Source: a virus (lineage: Duplodnaviria; Caudoviricetes). Taken from it: a stretch of 57,957 nt of DNA. A program made the translations under genes and the position numbers. How positions within the stretch are numbered: the first letter of the stretch is position 1; each line of letters begins with the position of its first letter. The notes under the pieces are model-generated. The model was not told the origin of the DNA and ran no database searches. It saw only the letters and a program-made list of their open reading frames with translations. The DNA lies in the IMG/VR virus record IMGVR_UViG_3300034375_000839, positions 1 through 57,957 of that record. One strand, given 5' to 3'. This document shows positions 56,343 through 57,957 of the stretch, in pieces.

Positions 56343-56786
56343 ATGTTAGCAGAACTAGCCGCAGCAAATGCCGCATTCGGTATAATAAAAGAATTTATTT
56401 CTAACGGCAAAGAACTTTCAGGTTGTGTTCAACAAATAAGTGATTTTGTATTTGCAAAAGAAGAAATAGAAAAAAGTTTAAAGAAAAAGAAATCTAAAGG
56501 TATAGGAGGTACAGACTTAGAAGAGTTCATGGCTCTTGAGCAAATAAAAGAAAAAGAAGAAGAACTCAAGAAGATTATGATATATCTAGGTAGACCTGGA
56601 CTATGGCAAGATTGGCAGGCATTCCAAGCAGAAGCTCGTAAATCTAGACGTTATCAAGAAAAGATGGCAGAGAAACGTAAAGAAGAGTTGATGGAATATG
56701 TTGGTTATGGAATTGCATTTATAAGTGTAATATTTTTTGCAGGATTGATGGCATGGTTTGTAGGTAAATGGATAGGAAGATTTTAG
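56343..56786 (+). CDS. Coiled-coil protein with C-terminal TM helix
   Basis: LAAANAAFG.IK, DLEEFMALEQI, GRPGLWQDW motifs; hydrophobic C-terminus. Confidence 0.65.
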   Translation: MLAELAAANAAFGIIKEFISNGKELSGCVQQISDFVFAKEEIEKSLKKKKSKGIGGTDLEEFMALEQIKEKEEELKKIMIYLGRPGLWQDWQAFQAEARKSRRYQEKMAEKRKEELMEYVGYGIAFISVIFFAGLMAWFVGKWIGRF

Positions 56787-56884
56787 AAACACCTTGTATA
56801 GGAGTATGCAAATTAAAAGATAATATATGTATAGGATGTAAAAGAACAATAGAAGAAATAAAAGAAGCTTATAAAGGAAAGTAA
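56768..56884 (+). CDS. DUF1289-like Cys-rich small protein (not in ORF track)
   Basis: MDRKILETPCIGVCKLKDNICIGCKRTIEEIKEAYKGK matches the PCxxxC...CxGCxRTxxEI pattern. Confidence 0.6.
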   Translation: MDRKILETPCIGVCKLKDNICIGCKRTIEEIKEAYKGK

Positions 56885-56885
56885 T

Positions 56886-57269
56886 ATGTCTACTGCAGTT
56901 AAGAGAGACCCTAAGAAATGGGAAGCAGCTAAGGCAAGAGCAAAAGCAAAGATGGGTGGAAAACATTCTGCAAGAGCTATGCAACTCGCTGTTAAATATT
57001 ATAAAGATTCAGGAGGTACATATTCAGGCAAAAAGAAATCTACTAATAAGTTGTCTAAGTGGACTAAACAAAAATGGACTACTAAGAGTGGTAAGAAGTC
57101 TTCTGAAACAGGTGAGAGGTATTTACCTAAAAAAGCGATTGACACTTTGTCGAACAAGGAATATGCAGCAACAACTAAAGCTAAAAGAGAAGGAACTAAA
57201 AAAGGTAAACAGTTTGTGAAACAACCTAAAAAGATTGCAAAGAAAGTTAAAAAGTATAGGATGGCATAA
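56886..57269 (+). CDS. Small basic conserved phage protein
   Basis: HSARAMQLA...YK..GG.Y, L.KWTKQKW.TKSGK.S..TGERYLP motifs. Confidence 0.7.
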   Translation: MSTAVKRDPKKWEAAKARAKAKMGGKHSARAMQLAVKYYKDSGGTYSGKKKSTNKLSKWTKQKWTTKSGKKSSETGERYLPKKAIDTLSNKEYAATTKAKREGTKKGKQFVKQPKKIAKKVKKYRMA

Positions 57270-57623
57270 ATGAATAAGTTTCCAGGAGTTAAAAGATTAC
57301 CATCAGGAGGGATAGAGTATCGTGGGAAAAAATTTGCAGGATTTAATAAACCTAAAAGGTCTGACAGAGCAGGTAAAAAAGGCATGGTCTTGGCTAAGGA
57401 AGGCGATAAGATTAAGCTTATACACTATGGTGATTCTTCAATGGGTCACAACTATTCTCCAGAAGCTAGACAAAGTTTTAAGGCTCGCCACAAAAAAAAT
57501 ATACAAAAGGGTAAGATGTCAGCAGCTTATTGGGCAGATAAAAAATTATGGGCAGGAAAGGGCAAAAGCAAAAAAGCACCGCCTAAGAATCAAAAGCACG
57601 TCAAAGGAATCAGAAGAGCATAA
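57270..57623 (+). CDS. Small basic conserved phage protein
   Basis: GFNKPKR, VLAKEGDKIKLIHYGD, ARQSFKARH, SAAYWA..LW motifs. Confidence 0.7.
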   Translation: MNKFPGVKRLPSGGIEYRGKKFAGFNKPKRSDRAGKKGMVLAKEGDKIKLIHYGDSSMGHNYSPEARQSFKARHKKNIQKGKMSAAYWADKKLWAGKGKSKKAPPKNQKHVKGIRRA

Positions 57624-57656
57624 AAGAAAATGGTATGACTGGTTAAGAGGTAAGTA

Positions 57657-57746
57657 ATGGCTATTAGTAGAAGTAGTATCTCACAACAAATTAAAAAGCC
57701 TGCTACTAAAAAAATTAAAAAGAAAAAAATAAAAGGTAAAAAATAA
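57657..57746 (+). CDS. 29-aa basic peptide resembling the capsid N-terminus (not in ORF track)
   Basis: MAISRSSISQQIKKPATKKIKKKKIKGKK; RBS GAGGT; its stop overlaps the next start. Confidence 0.55.
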   Translation: MAISRSSISQQIKKPATKKIKKKKIKGKK

Positions 57747-57957
57747 TGGCAGTATATAGTTCAATTACAAGATTTGGTAAACACGAACCCTTTTATTTAC
57801 AGGTTGCTAGAGAACAAATATTTAATCATAAAAATATTTTTAAATTTGGTAATAATACAAGTGTTGGAAATACTTTAGAAACAGTATGGGCAGAAGGTGG
57901 TCTTTATAGTTATCTAACTTCTGCTTCTGTACTAAAAGTCTCTAGTTCTTCAACTGC
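57746..57957 (+). CDS. Partial (3'-truncated) paralogue of 203-1003
   Basis: MAVYSSITRFGKHEPFYLQVAREQIFNHKNIFKFGNNTSVGNTLETVWAEGG... runs off the window end. Confidence 0.75.
   Translation, partial: MAVYSSITRFGKHEPFYLQVAREQIFNHKNIFKFGNNTSVGNTLETVWAEGGLYSYLTSASVLKVSSSST
57835..57957 (+). repeat. 123-bp exact repeat, copy 2 (copy 1 is 292-414)
   Basis: Identical to 292-414. Confidence 0.95.

Noticed and set aside
57322-57657. 111-aa + strand ORF
   Set aside because: Almost entirely nested in another frame of 57270-57623, which has the recognisable conserved motifs.
57835-57957. Simple terminal direct repeat proving circular completeness
   Set aside because: The match is to 292-414, not to base 1, and the upstream flanks differ; treated as a paralogue or assembly issue instead.
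1-57957. Stop-codon reassignment or programmed frameshifts
   Set aside because: Core genes are full length and tightly packed under the standard bacterial code; no split conserved gene was seen.

Overview
A near-complete (possibly complete) genome of an AT-rich, probably lytic, tailed dsDNA phage that resembles uncultured marine short-tailed phages. The + strand carries morphogenesis genes in two arcs. The arc 42.7-57.9 kb holds terL, portal, GroES, scaffold, major capsid, adaptor and a block of very Lys-rich proteins. The arc 0-23 kb holds tail, three tail fibres with chaperones, internal/ejection proteins, lysozyme and holin. The - strand (42.1-23 kb) holds small early genes, a C5 DNA methyltransferase, a T7-like replisome (primase-helicase, family A Pol, SSB, nuclease, endonuclease I), a class II ribonucleotide reductase, two glycosyltransferase-type genes and a displaced terS. 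I saw no RNA polymerase, integrase, tRNA, CRISPR array or reverse transcriptase. Several near-consensus sigma70 promoters are present. The most notable observations are: (1) five copies of a 24-bp element, four of them heading short, very AT-rich early genes, forming a repeat-delimited cassette array (41.0-42.4 kb); (2) a GT-A + methyltransferase + Maf/DUF115-like triple fusion beside a second glycosyltransferase; (3) a block of histone-like basic proteins sharing a [FKLY]xxG[GT] motif with the internal virion proteins; (4) unlisted micro-ORFs, including a metallothionein-like peptide and a peptide resembling the capsid N-terminus; (5) a 123-bp exact match between the window end and 292-414 that joins two different 5' ends to the same gene body. 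All family assignments come from recognising motifs by eye, not from database searches.
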